Positions 46,968 to 56,752 of a DNA stretch of 64,000 bases are shown piece after piece. Each line of letters begins with the position of its first letter. Position 1 is the stretch's first letter. The stretch is from an uncultured Oscillospiraceae bacterium (GTDB lineage Bacteria > Bacillota > Clostridia > Christensenellales > CAG-314). The stretch is from positions 185,970-249,969 of the forward strand of contig CAZHMU010000001.1 of assembly GCA_964533825.1 (NCBI GenBank), read 5' to 3'. Below the pieces are notes generated by a model. The model had not been told where the DNA came from. It saw only the letters and a program-made list of their open reading frames with translations, and did no database searches. Made by a program: the position numbers and the translations under genes.

Positions 46968-49610
46968 TTATTTGTATGCGATGATTGTTTGGTATGCAGC
47001 AACTGGTGTTGCGCTTGTAAGCTCAAGTTCTGCAAGGTTCAAAGTGTCAAGGTACAATGTGTAGCCGGCAAAGTTTACAGTTGAGCCAGTAGCTACAGCA
47101 CCATTTGCGTGAACAACTTTGATGTCGCGCTCTACACCATCGATCACACCCTTGAATGTCAATGTGAATACTGACTTATCTGTGGATGTGACAACGGCAA
47201 AGTTGCCATCAATCTCGCTTTGAGCCAAACTCAAACCGCTTGCATTTTGTTTAAGCCAAATGAGTTTTTGGTAGTTTTTGAACATATCCAAATGCTTAAC
47301 TTTCAAGGAGTAATCCAGCTCGTTGACCTTGTAGCTTGATTGATAGGAGTTGTGGTCGCCACCTTTTGTGCGCAAGAATTCTTCGCCAGCCAACATAAAT
47401 GCAGTACCATTGGAGGTGAACACTACGGAGTTGGCGAGCATTGCCATTTGTTTGATGGTCGTTTCATCTTTGATTCCTGCAGCCTTTATGCGGTCGTACA
47501 AGGTGTAGTTGTCGTGACAGGTTACGTAGTTAACTGTCTTGTCTGGGTCGTTGATTGGGTAAGCGCTCTTTGTGTAACCCTTGAACGCAGCCTCAATCTT
47601 GGCAACATCTTCGGAATTGATAGTTGTACCAGTTACCCAACCTTTTGCTGTGGCAGCGTTGAGACCACCCTTGATCAATGCATCACGACCTTGGTCGTTG
47701 AATTGACCATAGCCTTCGTACTGGGAACCATTGTTTTGTGTTGCAAGCTTAGCGGATGTTGCTGTGGACAATTGCCATGGCTCACCATAAACAACGATGT
47801 TAGCATTGATTTTCTCCAAAGCGTAAACAAGTTGATCCATTGTTTCGAGGTCGTGGAGGCCCATCAAGTCGAAACGGAAACCTGCAAGATTGTACTCTTC
47901 TGCCCAGAAGCATACGGAGTCAATCATAAACTTGCGGAACATATAGTTTTCACTTGCTGTATCGTTACCGCAACCAGAACCGCTGGAAGAGGTGCCATCG
48001 TTGTTGTAACGATAGTAGTAACCAGGCATCAATACGTCAAAGTTGCTACCAACGTTGGAGCTTGTGTGATTGTAAACAACGTCCATAATGATACCGATGC
48101 CGGCATCCTTGTATGCTTGAACAAGTTGTTTGAACTCGCGAATACGAACGTAGCCGTCGGTTGGATCGGAGCTGTAAGCACCTTCCACAACGTTGTAGTT
48201 CAAAGGATTGTAGCCCCAATTGAATTGGATATTAGACTCGTTATTGTCTTGGTCAAAAATAGGCAAAAGTTGTACGGCATTTACACCCAACTCTTTGATG
48301 TGATCGAAACCTGTTGTTACAGTTACGCCACCTTCGGAGTAGGTTGTGCCACTTTCCCACATGCCAGCAAACTTTTTACGGTTAGCTTCGGTGCCTGTCC
48401 ATGTTGCAGAAGATGTAACGTCAGCAACGTGAGTTTCGTACACTACCATAGACTTGCGATCAAGTTCGAGATACTCTTCTGTCCAACCATCTGGAGTCAA
48501 TGTCACATCGTCAAAATCGACAATTTGACCACGCTTACCACTCAAGCCAGCGCTCTTTGCATATGGGTCAACGATTTCGCGGCCTTGGGGGTAGCTTGTA
48601 TTTGTTACTGTGTATGTGTAATACTTGCCAGCCAAGTTGTCGTTTTCTGTATGGTACCAAACACCCTTTTCGCCACGTTGCATATCTACAGACTTGATAA
48701 GTGTAGATGCGCTACCTACAGTTTCGTTACCTGCACTGTAAATGTTGAGCTTGATACTTTGTGAAACAGGCGACCAAACTTTGAAGGTTGTTTGAGTCTT
48801 GTCTGCATTGAGATTAGCACCAAGATCATCGCCATCGTAAGCATACTTTGAGTTGAAATCTTCAGATGAATACAATGCGGTTACGGATACAGAGCTACTG
48901 CCGGTTCGGCCATCTGCAAAAGTTGCATTGACTGTGTAAGCCTTGCCGATATCTGCTTCCACACCAGCTGGAAGGTCCAATTCGATAGTGTTGGATCCTT
49001 CGTTTGTAGTACTTGCAATAACTACGCCATCTTCCAGCAGGTCCAACTTGGTAATTGTTTCTGAAGCAACAACCTTGATACTTGTCATTGTTTCAAACTT
49101 TGATGTACTGATAAATACTGGCATATCTTTATCGCTCTTGTATAGTTCTACATCTCCTTCTCTAATATAAATGTGGTAGCAGTTGTCTTTGTCCATTTCG
49201 TAGTCGGCAAAGTCAAGCATACGGTCTGCATCAACGTCTTTTGTCCAACCGGAAAGCAAACGTGGAATGATACCGATACCTTTTGTGTACGCATCTTTGC
49301 CAATGTCACTAAGTGGGTATTTAGCAACTCCGCCATAAGAGTCTGATCCATTGTGCTCAAAGAGTTTGCCTTCGCCACCAGTTACCCAAAGCCAGTAGCC
49401 CCAGTTAGCGTAGTCGCCATCGTTACGCTTGTAGTGAATTGCGATGTATGCATCACTGCCGTCGAATTCTTGTTTACAGTATTTGCAAACACCATCAACA
49501 AATTCGTGGCCGTCGGTTTCGCAATCGTGCTTTTCGCAAGCGATAAGCAAGCAGGTCGAAGCAACCAGCAATGCAATCAATATGCAAAGCAGTTTGATTT
49601 TATTCTTCAT
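46968..49610 (-). CDS. pulA: Type I pullulanase (GH13), lipoprotein
   Basis: 880 aa. Signal peptide with lipobox LLIAC. GH13/pullulanase regions FNWGYNPLNYNVVEGAYS, GFRFDLMG, YGEPW, VNYVTCHDN. Confidence 0.9.
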   Translation of the reverse strand: MKNKIKLLCILIALLVASTCLLIACEKHDCETDGHEFVDGVCKYCKQEFDGSDAYIAIHYKRNDGDYANWGYWLWVTGGEGKLFEHNGSDSYGGVAKYPLSDIGKDAYTKGIGIIPRLLSGWTKDVDADRMLDFADYEMDKDNCYHIYIREGDVELYKSDKDMPVFISTSKFETMTSIKVVASETITKLDLLEDGVVIASTTNEGSNTIELDLPAGVEADIGKAYTVNATFADGRTGSSSVSVTALYSSEDFNSKYAYDGDDLGANLNADKTQTTFKVWSPVSQSIKLNIYSAGNETVGSASTLIKSVDMQRGEKGVWYHTENDNLAGKYYTYTVTNTSYPQGREIVDPYAKSAGLSGKRGQIVDFDDVTLTPDGWTEEYLELDRKSMVVYETHVADVTSSATWTGTEANRKKFAGMWESGTTYSEGGVTVTTGFDHIKELGVNAVQLLPIFDQDNNESNIQFNWGYNPLNYNVVEGAYSSDPTDGYVRIREFKQLVQAYKDAGIGIIMDVVYNHTSSNVGSNFDVLMPGYYYRYNNDGTSSSGSGCGNDTASENYMFRKFMIDSVCFWAEEYNLAGFRFDLMGLHDLETMDQLVYALEKINANIVVYGEPWQLSTATSAKLATQNNGSQYEGYGQFNDQGRDALIKGGLNAATAKGWVTGTTINSEDVAKIEAAFKGYTKSAYPINDPDKTVNYVTCHDNYTLYDRIKAAGIKDETTIKQMAMLANSVVFTSNGTAFMLAGEEFLRTKGGDHNSYQSSYKVNELDYSLKVKHLDMFKNYQKLIWLKQNASGLSLAQSEIDGNFAVVTSTDKSVFTLTFKGVIDGVERDIKVVHANGAVATGSTVNFAGYTLYLDTLNLAELELTSATPVAAYQTIIAYK

Positions 49611-49779
49611 ATTATTCTCCTTTAATTTTTAGGGTGCAAATGTCACACCCATTTTTTTGTCGCCACAACATTTTAACACGAACACAGATATATTTCAAGA
49701 CTAAACAAAAAAAATATTTATAAATTTTGCAATAAATTTTATTACTATCATAAATACGACACGCATATAAATTGAGAAT

Positions 49780-49805
49780 AAAAAAGGACAGAGTAATCTC
49801 TGTCC
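49780..49805 (-). terminator. Intrinsic terminator after the HAD gene
   Basis: Stem ggacagag/ctctgtcc. The minus strand is followed by U6. Confidence 0.6.
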
Positions 49806-49861
49806 ATATAAAACCTTATAATAATGGCGATTTTAACGAATTAAATAAAGCTTGTTACATT

Positions 49862-50509
49862 TTACAGCAAAATGTCGGCAATTTCCTTGGTGGAGTGCAC
49901 CGCCGCAATGGGGTTTGCTTTCAAAAGGTCGTTGAGTTTACCAAAACCATAGGTAACAGCCATACCATCAATTCCGTTGTCCAGCGCACCTTGCATATCG
50001 TGGAAAGTGTCGCCAATCATCAAGCACTCCGACTTGTCCCAGCCGTTGTCTGCAATAAGCTGACGCAATACTTCCGCCTTGAAACCACGTTTTTCCGTTT
50101 GGCCGTAGACATGGTCAAAAAAGTGGGTAATGTTGTGGTAGTCCAAAGACTCGATGGCGTGTGGTTGGTACTTGCTTGATGCAATAGCCAAAACATAACC
50201 TGCATTTTTAAGCTTTGTGAGAGTTTCCACAATACCATCATACAAAAAGCTATTTTGTGCAGCGTTTGTGTCGGCAAAAACCTTTACGTGCTTGGCAATG
50301 GCTTCTTGGCAACGTTCTGCACCGACAAGCTCTGTGTAAGAAAAGTCCAATGGAGGACCAATGTGGTCGTCAAAGTCCACGTTGGAGTAGTCCACGCCAT
50401 AAGTATCCAAGACAGTCTTGAAAGTTGCGTAGATACCAGGAGCTGTGTTGTTGATTGTGCCATCAAAGTCAAAAATTAGGTATTTATACTTGTTTTTCAG
50501 TGATTGCAT
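49862..50509 (-). CDS. HAD-superfamily hydrolase (phosphatase)
   Basis: 215 aa; motif I YLIFDFDGTINNT and a late GDTFHD motif. Confidence 0.8.
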   Translation of the reverse strand: MQSLKNKYKYLIFDFDGTINNTAPGIYATFKTVLDTYGVDYSNVDFDDHIGPPLDFSYTELVGAERCQEAIAKHVKVFADTNAAQNSFLYDGIVETLTKLKNAGYVLAIASSKYQPHAIESLDYHNITHFFDHVYGQTEKRGFKAEVLRQLIADNGWDKSECLMIGDTFHDMQGALDNGIDGMAVTYGFGKLNDLLKANPIAAVHSTKEIADILL

Positions 50510-50576
50510 GATTATTTTCTCTTTTAGTTAGTTTAGTTTACGTATAAAAATTGGGTGAAATTTACACCAAAGCGGA

Positions 50577-51140
50577 TTACTTTTTGCCAAGCGCGGACAA
50601 AAAACGTTCAAACTTGGTAACCGATGGGCGAACTACGATACCGTAGGTGTAGGTTAGATAGCTTTTGAGTTTTTCTAACGACTCGATTTGTGGACTTTCG
50701 CACTCAAGCTCGTAGTCGGTAATGTCAAAATAGATGTTCTTGTCCAATTCAAGTATCCACTCGCCCAATGTGAACTTGGTGCGATAGGTTGTGAGCTTTC
50801 CAAGATGGGCAAAATCTTCGACAATGTCCACCCTAAAGAATCTTTGCACTTCTTCGGCTGTTATGCCACGACAAATCAGCGTTTGGGCGTAACTGCTATC
50901 AATTTCGCACTCTTTTTCGTCACTGACCATAACGCCATTGTTGTGAGTAATTCGTTGCTTGAAGCAAGCAATAAAAGTATCGCCTTTTTTACGCAAACGC
51001 AACATCACATTAAGATTTTGATGCAGTGGCGCAAAATAATAATTGATTTGTTCAACTGGCTCAGCCTTTGATACACTTTGCAAAATGTTGTACTCACGCT
51101 CGGTGAGTTGCAATTTTAGTTCTTGTTCGAGATTGCGCAT
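50577..51140 (-). CDS. CYTH-domain (triphosphate tunnel metalloenzyme) protein
   Basis: 187 aa. N-terminal ExxxK-like EQELKLQL and C-terminal YELECE acidic strand, as in CYTH proteins. Motif-level evidence only. Confidence 0.55.
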   Translation of the reverse strand: MRNLEQELKLQLTEREYNILQSVSKAEPVEQINYYFAPLHQNLNVMLRLRKKGDTFIACFKQRITHNNGVMVSDEKECEIDSSYAQTLICRGITAEEVQRFFRVDIVEDFAHLGKLTTYRTKFTLGEWILELDKNIYFDITDYELECESPQIESLEKLKSYLTYTYGIVVRPSVTKFERFLSALGKK

Positions 51141-51142
51141 TG

Positions 51143-51616
51143 TTATTTCTTCCGTTTGTTGGTTGTTGGAGCAAAGATTTTTTGCATTTCTTCAAAGAAA
51201 GTTGCACTATCTTTGAATTGACGATATACCGCAGCAAAACGAATATAGGCAACTTCGTCCAAATTTTTGAGTTCTTCCATAACCAGGTCGCCAATCTTTT
51301 GTGAGGTAACCTCTTGCTCCAAACTGTTGAATAAGTTCTTTTCGATACTATCCACTACTGCATCAATTTGCGCCATAGAGATAGGACGTTTTTCGCAGGA
51401 ACGCAAAATGCCGTTTTTGAGTTTAGTGCGGTCGTACAACTGACGAGTGCCGTCACGCTTGATTACCAAAAATGGGATAACTTCTACCGTTTCGAAAGTG
51501 GTAAAGCGTTTGCCACATTGGATACACTCGCGACGGCGACGGATACTTTTGCCGTCGTCAGTAGAACGCGAATCAATTACTTTGCTGTCTTCACAGCCAC
51601 AATACATACATTTCAT
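51143..51616 (-). CDS. nrdR: Transcriptional repressor NrdR
   Basis: MKCMYCGCEDSKVIDSRSTDDGKSIRRRRECIQCGKRFTTFE (zinc ribbon) plus an ATP-cone. Confidence 0.93.
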   Translation of the reverse strand: MKCMYCGCEDSKVIDSRSTDDGKSIRRRRECIQCGKRFTTFETVEVIPFLVIKRDGTRQLYDRTKLKNGILRSCEKRPISMAQIDAVVDSIEKNLFNSLEQEVTSQKIGDLVMEELKNLDEVAYIRFAAVYRQFKDSATFFEEMQKIFAPTTNKRKK

Positions 51617-51796
51617 AGTAACTCCTATCTTTTACAAGTTGCCAATACTACTTGCACAATCAAGTGCAAATTTTGCAGTTGGACAAAGGTGAAAGGGATA
51701 ATCTGTTAGTAATTTTTTTGAGATAAAAATTGGTGGCTCATCAGGGGATATCGCAATATAGTGTTTTATCAAGCAATATCAAAATACTGGTTAGCT

Positions 51797-52501
51797 TTAT
51801 TTAACCAACTGTTCCAATTTTTCCAAAATGATTTGGTACTCAAGCTCGGGACTTGCGCCATTGTTATCCATGCGCTTGAGAGTGTTTTTGTCCCAGAAAC
51901 GTGCAACGTTTGGGGTAATTTCGTCAGCAATTACCAGCCAGTTACGAATACGACCAAACTCCAACTTGAAGTCGGCAACAACAAATCCAGCTGCATCCAT
52001 CACGTCGCAAAGCAGCTTGTTGATGCGCGTTGCTTGGTAGCACATTACGTTCATTTCCTCTTGAGTGCAAAGTTGCATTGCGTAGGCGTGGTACTCGTTG
52101 ATGACTGGGTCGCCAAGTTGGTCGTTTTTGTAACAAAACTCCAAAACAGGACTCTTGAGCTTGGTCTTTACAGGGATGCCCAAACGGCGATACATACTAC
52201 CTGCAGAGTAGTTGCGTACAACCACTTCGACAGGAATCATATCTGCCTTGCGCACCACCATGGAGTTGTCAGAAAATGTTTCAACAAAGTGGGTGTTGAT
52301 GCCGTTTTGCTCCAACAATTTCATAAACAAAGCATTAATTTTGTTGCACAGGATACTCTTACCTTCAAAATATTGCTTGGTTTTTGCGTGGTACATTGTT
52401 GGGTCGTCGTAAAACTCTGCGATGACGTGACGATCGCTCGTCGTGGACCAAATACGCTTGGTTTTACCTTCGGAAATAAGTTGTTCTTTTTTGTATGCCA
52501 T
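51797..52501 (-). CDS. purC: SAICAR synthase
   Basis: LISEGKTKRIW...FYDDPTMYH...GKSILCNKINALFMKLLEQNGINTHFV; 234 aa. Confidence 0.92.
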   Translation of the reverse strand: MAYKKEQLISEGKTKRIWSTTSDRHVIAEFYDDPTMYHAKTKQYFEGKSILCNKINALFMKLLEQNGINTHFVETFSDNSMVVRKADMIPVEVVVRNYSAGSMYRRLGIPVKTKLKSPVLEFCYKNDQLGDPVINEYHAYAMQLCTQEEMNVMCYQATRINKLLCDVMDAAGFVVADFKLEFGRIRNWLVIADEITPNVARFWDKNTLKRMDNNGASPELEYQIILEKLEQLVK

Positions 52502-52512
52502 AAGTCACCTCG

Positions 52513-54867
52513 TTAGCATTTGTAGATTAGTTCTATCTTTCTGTTTGCTTGTAGTTGAATTTCGATCACTTTGCCCTTGGGTTTTGTATCCAAATTACAA
52601 CTAACAAGGCGTTTTACGTTGTCTGGCAGGTGCAATATCAGTGGACGTTCGCGCTTGGTTTCCAGTGTTATTTTCAAACTTCCCTTCGCACCATTGTAGT
52701 CACAGGCCACCAAAACACCATTTTGTGTGACAAAGTTGGTAAATTTTACAGTTTTCCACTCCTTGGGCAGTGCTGGGAAAATTTTGACAACATCACCACT
52801 GGAGTACAACAGCATTTGTTGCAAATCGTGAGCAAACACCATGTTGGTGTGCAGTTGTACCGGAGTCCAAACACCACTACCGCAAATACCCATACCGCGC
52901 CAGTCTTTGTCAACAAACACAAGGTTGTTCATAGCACAACCGCGTACGATATTGGCAAGACAGGTTTTTGCCTTGTCGCTTTGACCAAGACGCGCGTATA
53001 CCGCACCTAAAATTGCCATATAGTAGCTATTTTGCGATGCAGGCAGACTGCGTTTTTTGTCAGCAGTAGCCAAGTAGTGGTCGATTACAGCTTGCTCGCT
53101 GCGGAAACTAACTTCGTCACCAAAGTAAGCAGGATACAACGTACCAACGGAAATACCCGTGTAGTCCACAGAAACAAGACTATCCACAAACTCACGGAAA
53201 GTCCCATCGCCAGCAATTTGTGGTTGAGGGATGCTGTCGAGAATTTTGTTCCATCTGACAAAGTCTCCCTTGACACCCTGCTTACGGCACAATTCAATCA
53301 AGTTTGTAAAAAACTCTCGAGCCAAAGCACAATCAAGAGCACTGGTTTTGGAAACAACAGGACGATCGGTAATTTTGTAACCATCGGCAATACGCATTGG
53401 CATTGCTGATGGGCAGAATACAGCGCGATCCTTTTCGAATTGAATAAAGTCACAGTAGAACTTTGCAACTTCTTTCATAAATGGCAAAATGCGTTTTTCA
53501 AACTTGGCATTTTGACTCATTTTTGCATATTTGTAGTAAAAATTGGACAGCCACGCTCCGCAACCAGTAAAGTGCAAAGCAAACAAGTCTTTGGTGCCCA
53601 GTCGACCTGTGTTAGGTGCACATACTGTTGGAACAAAAATACCACGACAGTTGAACAAACGTTGCGCGTTATTGCGGAAGTCGTCCATATTTTGTTCGTA
53701 GAAATCAAAGGTCTTTTCTACATTGGCAAACATATTGCCCTGCAATGCGTGCAAATAGGTCATTTGCAAAATGCCGTCATTGTAGCGAAAGGCACGATAA
53801 GACTTGTAACCGCCATTCCAAAGCCCTGTTGGCGAAAGTGTTACACCATCATCCGTTGTGCCTGCAACAAGCAAATAGCGTGAGAATTTGTAAATTTTTT
53901 CCGCAAGCAAAGGGGGCAGATGGTTGCCGTCAAAATTGAGCAAGTCCTCCACGTAGCCATCGTCCATTGAAAGCGCAAGGTCACTTGTGGAGTACAATTT
54001 GTTATGTAAGTTAGAGTGAGCTTTGAAAAGTTTATCATAGCCATCGCGTATGCCATCCAAAAACAGTTTCAAGTCGGCAAAAGCGCGCTCACGCTTGATG
54101 TTTACAAAAGGCTTTAGGATAATTGTTACCATTTGTGCATTGGACACAACCATTTTGCTGTCTTCAACTCGCAAACTACCACCCAAGGTGGACACTTTTG
54201 CCACCACGCCATAGTCAGTGACCTTTTCGTCGTGATGCGCTGCAAAATACATAAAGGGCTTTTCGCAGACAAATTGGCTTTCCATCGGCATTGGGCAAAC
54301 ACCTTCGTATGTGCGTGCGTTTACTCTGTGCGGCAAATCAATGGTAATTTTTGCATTGATTGCAAGGTCGCCCTTTTTGGAAAAACGCATAACAACGATG
54401 TTGTCCGCACGAGAAACAAAAGTTTGACGAGTGTACACTGTGTCGCCAACGTTGTACCTTACAACCGCCTCACCGTGAGCCATATCCAAAGTTCGATAGT
54501 AGTTGCTGGTGATTTCCGTTTGAGAGAACTGTATCGACATCTCGCACAGTGGCAATGGGTACTCCGCCTGTGGGCGGAAGTCACGTTCTGTGAGCATTGT
54601 GGGGATGACTTGTTGCGCGTGCATAAATTGCCCCTCGTCAATAAGTTGACGCACAGTTTGCAAGCCTTGTGAAATATCAGGCACTACCGTTGTGCGCCCC
54701 ATCCAGTCCAGTTTGGCATCGTTGATGAGGATTTTTTCTTCCGATGCACCACCAAAAACGTTGGCACCGATTTGTCCGTTGCCAAGGTACAGTCCTTCAC
54801 GCCATTTTTCTCCCCACCATCCGGCAGGAGTACTAAATTTTAAGATGTCCGCGTTTTTGTTAGCCAT
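52513..54867 (-). CDS. GH95-like glycoside hydrolase (alpha-L-fucosidase family)
   Basis: About 784 aa from ATG 54867. The N-terminus PAGWWGEKWREGLYLGNGQIGANVFGG..EEKILINDAKLDWMG matches the GH95 N-domain pattern W..ALPiGNGrlGamvfG...E.i.lNe..lW.G. Confidence 0.65.
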   Translation of the reverse strand: MANKNADILKFSTPAGWWGEKWREGLYLGNGQIGANVFGGASEEKILINDAKLDWMGRTTVVPDISQGLQTVRQLIDEGQFMHAQQVIPTMLTERDFRPQAEYPLPLCEMSIQFSQTEITSNYYRTLDMAHGEAVVRYNVGDTVYTRQTFVSRADNIVVMRFSKKGDLAINAKITIDLPHRVNARTYEGVCPMPMESQFVCEKPFMYFAAHHDEKVTDYGVVAKVSTLGGSLRVEDSKMVVSNAQMVTIILKPFVNIKRERAFADLKLFLDGIRDGYDKLFKAHSNLHNKLYSTSDLALSMDDGYVEDLLNFDGNHLPPLLAEKIYKFSRYLLVAGTTDDGVTLSPTGLWNGGYKSYRAFRYNDGILQMTYLHALQGNMFANVEKTFDFYEQNMDDFRNNAQRLFNCRGIFVPTVCAPNTGRLGTKDLFALHFTGCGAWLSNFYYKYAKMSQNAKFEKRILPFMKEVAKFYCDFIQFEKDRAVFCPSAMPMRIADGYKITDRPVVSKTSALDCALAREFFTNLIELCRKQGVKGDFVRWNKILDSIPQPQIAGDGTFREFVDSLVSVDYTGISVGTLYPAYFGDEVSFRSEQAVIDHYLATADKKRSLPASQNSYYMAILGAVYARLGQSDKAKTCLANIVRGCAMNNLVFVDKDWRGMGICGSGVWTPVQLHTNMVFAHDLQQMLLYSSGDVVKIFPALPKEWKTVKFTNFVTQNGVLVACDYNGAKGSLKITLETKRERPLILHLPDNVKRLVSCNLDTKPKGKVIEIQLQANRKIELIYKC

Positions 54868-55015
54868 AGTTCCCCCAAAACACAATATATTGTGGAGTAT
54901 ATGTTATTATATCACTAAATTTTGACTATGTAAATACAATTTGCATAATGCTAAACATATATTTTGCCCCTTGCAAACCAAGTTGCAAAGGGCAGATGTA
55001 AAAAATTGTTGGAAA

Positions 55016-55768
55016 TTATCTAAAAATGTAGTTGATGGATTGGTTGATGTTTGCCAAATATTCATCAAATTGAGAGTACTTTTGTACAGTGCGTTTGAAA
55101 GCGATCCAAACTATCCACAAAATTTTGGGGTTTTTGAGGTAAAGTGCATTGGAAAAGTATTCGCACAGCACTGACATTTCTTCCACCACTGCAGGTGGGA
55201 AGTCTTCGCAGTGTACTTTGACATTGATTTGCTCAATTTGGCGGAAAATTTCCTTGAGCATTTTGGACTCAATATATATTTTTTCTGCAGCAAAAAACTT
55301 TTCTGCGCGGGTCGTTTGTTCGCCGTCCAAGCTTTCGGGATCAACGTTGGCAAGCAAACTTACGCCAGCTTGTTTAAAAGGTTTCAGCACTTCCTTTGCA
55401 AACTTTTCGTAGCCAAGGTTGGAGTCAGTTGGGTGGTAGTACTCTTTCAAAAAGTCCAAAAAATTACGACGGCCACTGTCCACTTCGGTAAGCAAGCACA
55501 CAACAAAGGCAAACAATCTGTTGCGATCCACTGGAAGCTTGAGTTGGTTTACAACTCGGCCTTCGGTGGTAGTCCAAGATACCTTTGCGCGAGAAAACTC
55601 GGTGGCATAGGATGTGTTTTGTACTGTGTCCGCCAGGCACTTACACAAAGCTGGTGTTGTTGCAACACACTTCAAAACTGTGGCAATGTTTTTGTCCACC
55701 AATATCAACTTGCTTTCGATGAGATTGTTCACACCATTGGTAAACTCGGCCAACTGATTTGCACTCAT
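55016..55768 (-). CDS. Hypothetical protein (250 aa)
   Basis: ATG 55768 lies 6 nt after GAGGTG. Soluble, helical-looking, no motif recognised. Confidence 0.55.
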   Translation of the reverse strand: MSANQLAEFTNGVNNLIESKLILVDKNIATVLKCVATTPALCKCLADTVQNTSYATEFSRAKVSWTTTEGRVVNQLKLPVDRNRLFAFVVCLLTEVDSGRRNFLDFLKEYYHPTDSNLGYEKFAKEVLKPFKQAGVSLLANVDPESLDGEQTTRAEKFFAAEKIYIESKMLKEIFRQIEQINVKVHCEDFPPAVVEEMSVLCEYFSNALYLKNPKILWIVWIAFKRTVQKYSQFDEYLANINQSINYIFR

Positions 55769-55858
55769 ACTTTGCACCTCGCACTTTTGTTACTTTGGTT
55801 CATTATACCACATAAGTGGACGTTTTGAAAGTATTTTTTGCAAAAAGAGCAAAAACTC

Positions 55859-55887
55859 TTGTTAATAATGAGATTTTGTTGTATAAT
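55859..55887 (+). promoter_or_regulatory. Possible promoter TTGTTA-17-TATAAT
   Basis: Hexamers read directly, 29 nt upstream of ATG 55916. Confidence 0.45.
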
Positions 55888-55915
55888 ATTGTCACTTTGG
55901 GCGGAGGTAAAGGCT

Positions 55916-56452
55916 ATGCAAGCAGGAATCACACAAGATAGCACACTAAACAAGCTGATTTTGTTGTTTGTGCTGGACAAAATGGAAACAGCTTTGACAG
56001 AAGCGACAATTTTGGACTTGTGCAGTTACAAAAATAACTGGATAGACTTTACCAACTGCAAGCAAACTTTGTATGATGTTGTTCAAAACAACTTTGTGTA
56101 CAAAAGCGTTCCCATGGGTGGCGGAGAAGAATTGTACGACCTGACAGCGGAAGGCAGATGGTGCTTGAAAAACTTTTACGCGCGAATTCCATCCAGTGTA
56201 CGTCAACTGATTGCTGACGACATCAAAAAGAAACGCATCGAGTACCGTCGCCGTCAAGACTACGTTGCAACTTATGAAAAGTGTCCAGACGGCAGTTACG
56301 ATGTAATTTTGAAGATTGTTGAGCCGACTAAAACTACTTTGGAGGTAAAACTCAACGTGATGACGCGAAACATTGCAAAGTACATCGAGCGGACCTGGCA
56401 AGAAAAAGCCCCCACTGTTTACGGAAAAATCAGCGATACGTTGATTGACTGA
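55916..56452 (+). CDS. DUF4364-like small winged-helix protein
   Basis: 178 aa from ATG 55916 (RBS GGAGG). LNKLILLFVLDKMETALTEATILDLC...Y resembles the DUF4364 N-terminus common in Clostridia. Recalled from memory, not verified. Confidence 0.5.
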   Translation: MQAGITQDSTLNKLILLFVLDKMETALTEATILDLCSYKNNWIDFTNCKQTLYDVVQNNFVYKSVPMGGGEELYDLTAEGRWCLKNFYARIPSSVRQLIADDIKKKRIEYRRRQDYVATYEKCPDGSYDVILKIVEPTKTTLEVKLNVMTRNIAKYIERTWQEKAPTVYGKISDTLID

Positions 56453-56574
56453 CAATTTGTCGGCAATATGGGCAAACCAAAAATTGATTTGAAAAAAGTT
56501 TGTAAATTTTGCAAAAAAAGTTATGCAAAAATAATTGACAAATTTTTGGATATGCACTATCATAGATAGGCAAT

Positions 56575-56657
56575 GCGAGATTGGCGGAATCGGCAGACGC
56601 GCACGTTTAAGGGGCGTGTGGGAGACCGTGTGAGTTCAAGTCTCACATCTCGCACCA
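56575..56657 (+). tRNA. tRNA-Leu, type II; canonical folding gives anticodon AAG
   Basis: Acceptor gcgagat/atctcgc, D arm gcg-gaatcggcaga-cgc (same as the Leu-TAA gene), anticodon stem cacgt/gcgtg, loop ttAAGgg, 11-nt variable region, T arm gtgag-ttcaagt-ctcac, A73, encoded CCA. Confidence 0.8.
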
Positions 56658-56662
56658 TACTA

Positions 56663-56706
56663 CCCCAAAATGTCGGCTTCACATGGCATTTTGGGGATTT
56701 TTTTTG
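56663..56706 (+). terminator. Intrinsic terminator after tRNA-Leu
   Basis: 10-bp stem ccccaaaatg/cattttgggg followed by T8. A second hairpin (gtcgtcc/ggacggc, 56711-56730) followed by T7 lies just downstream. Confidence 0.65.
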
Positions 56707-56752
56707 CAAAGTCGTCCATTTTTGGACGGCTTTTTTTCGTGTTTGAAAAAAT

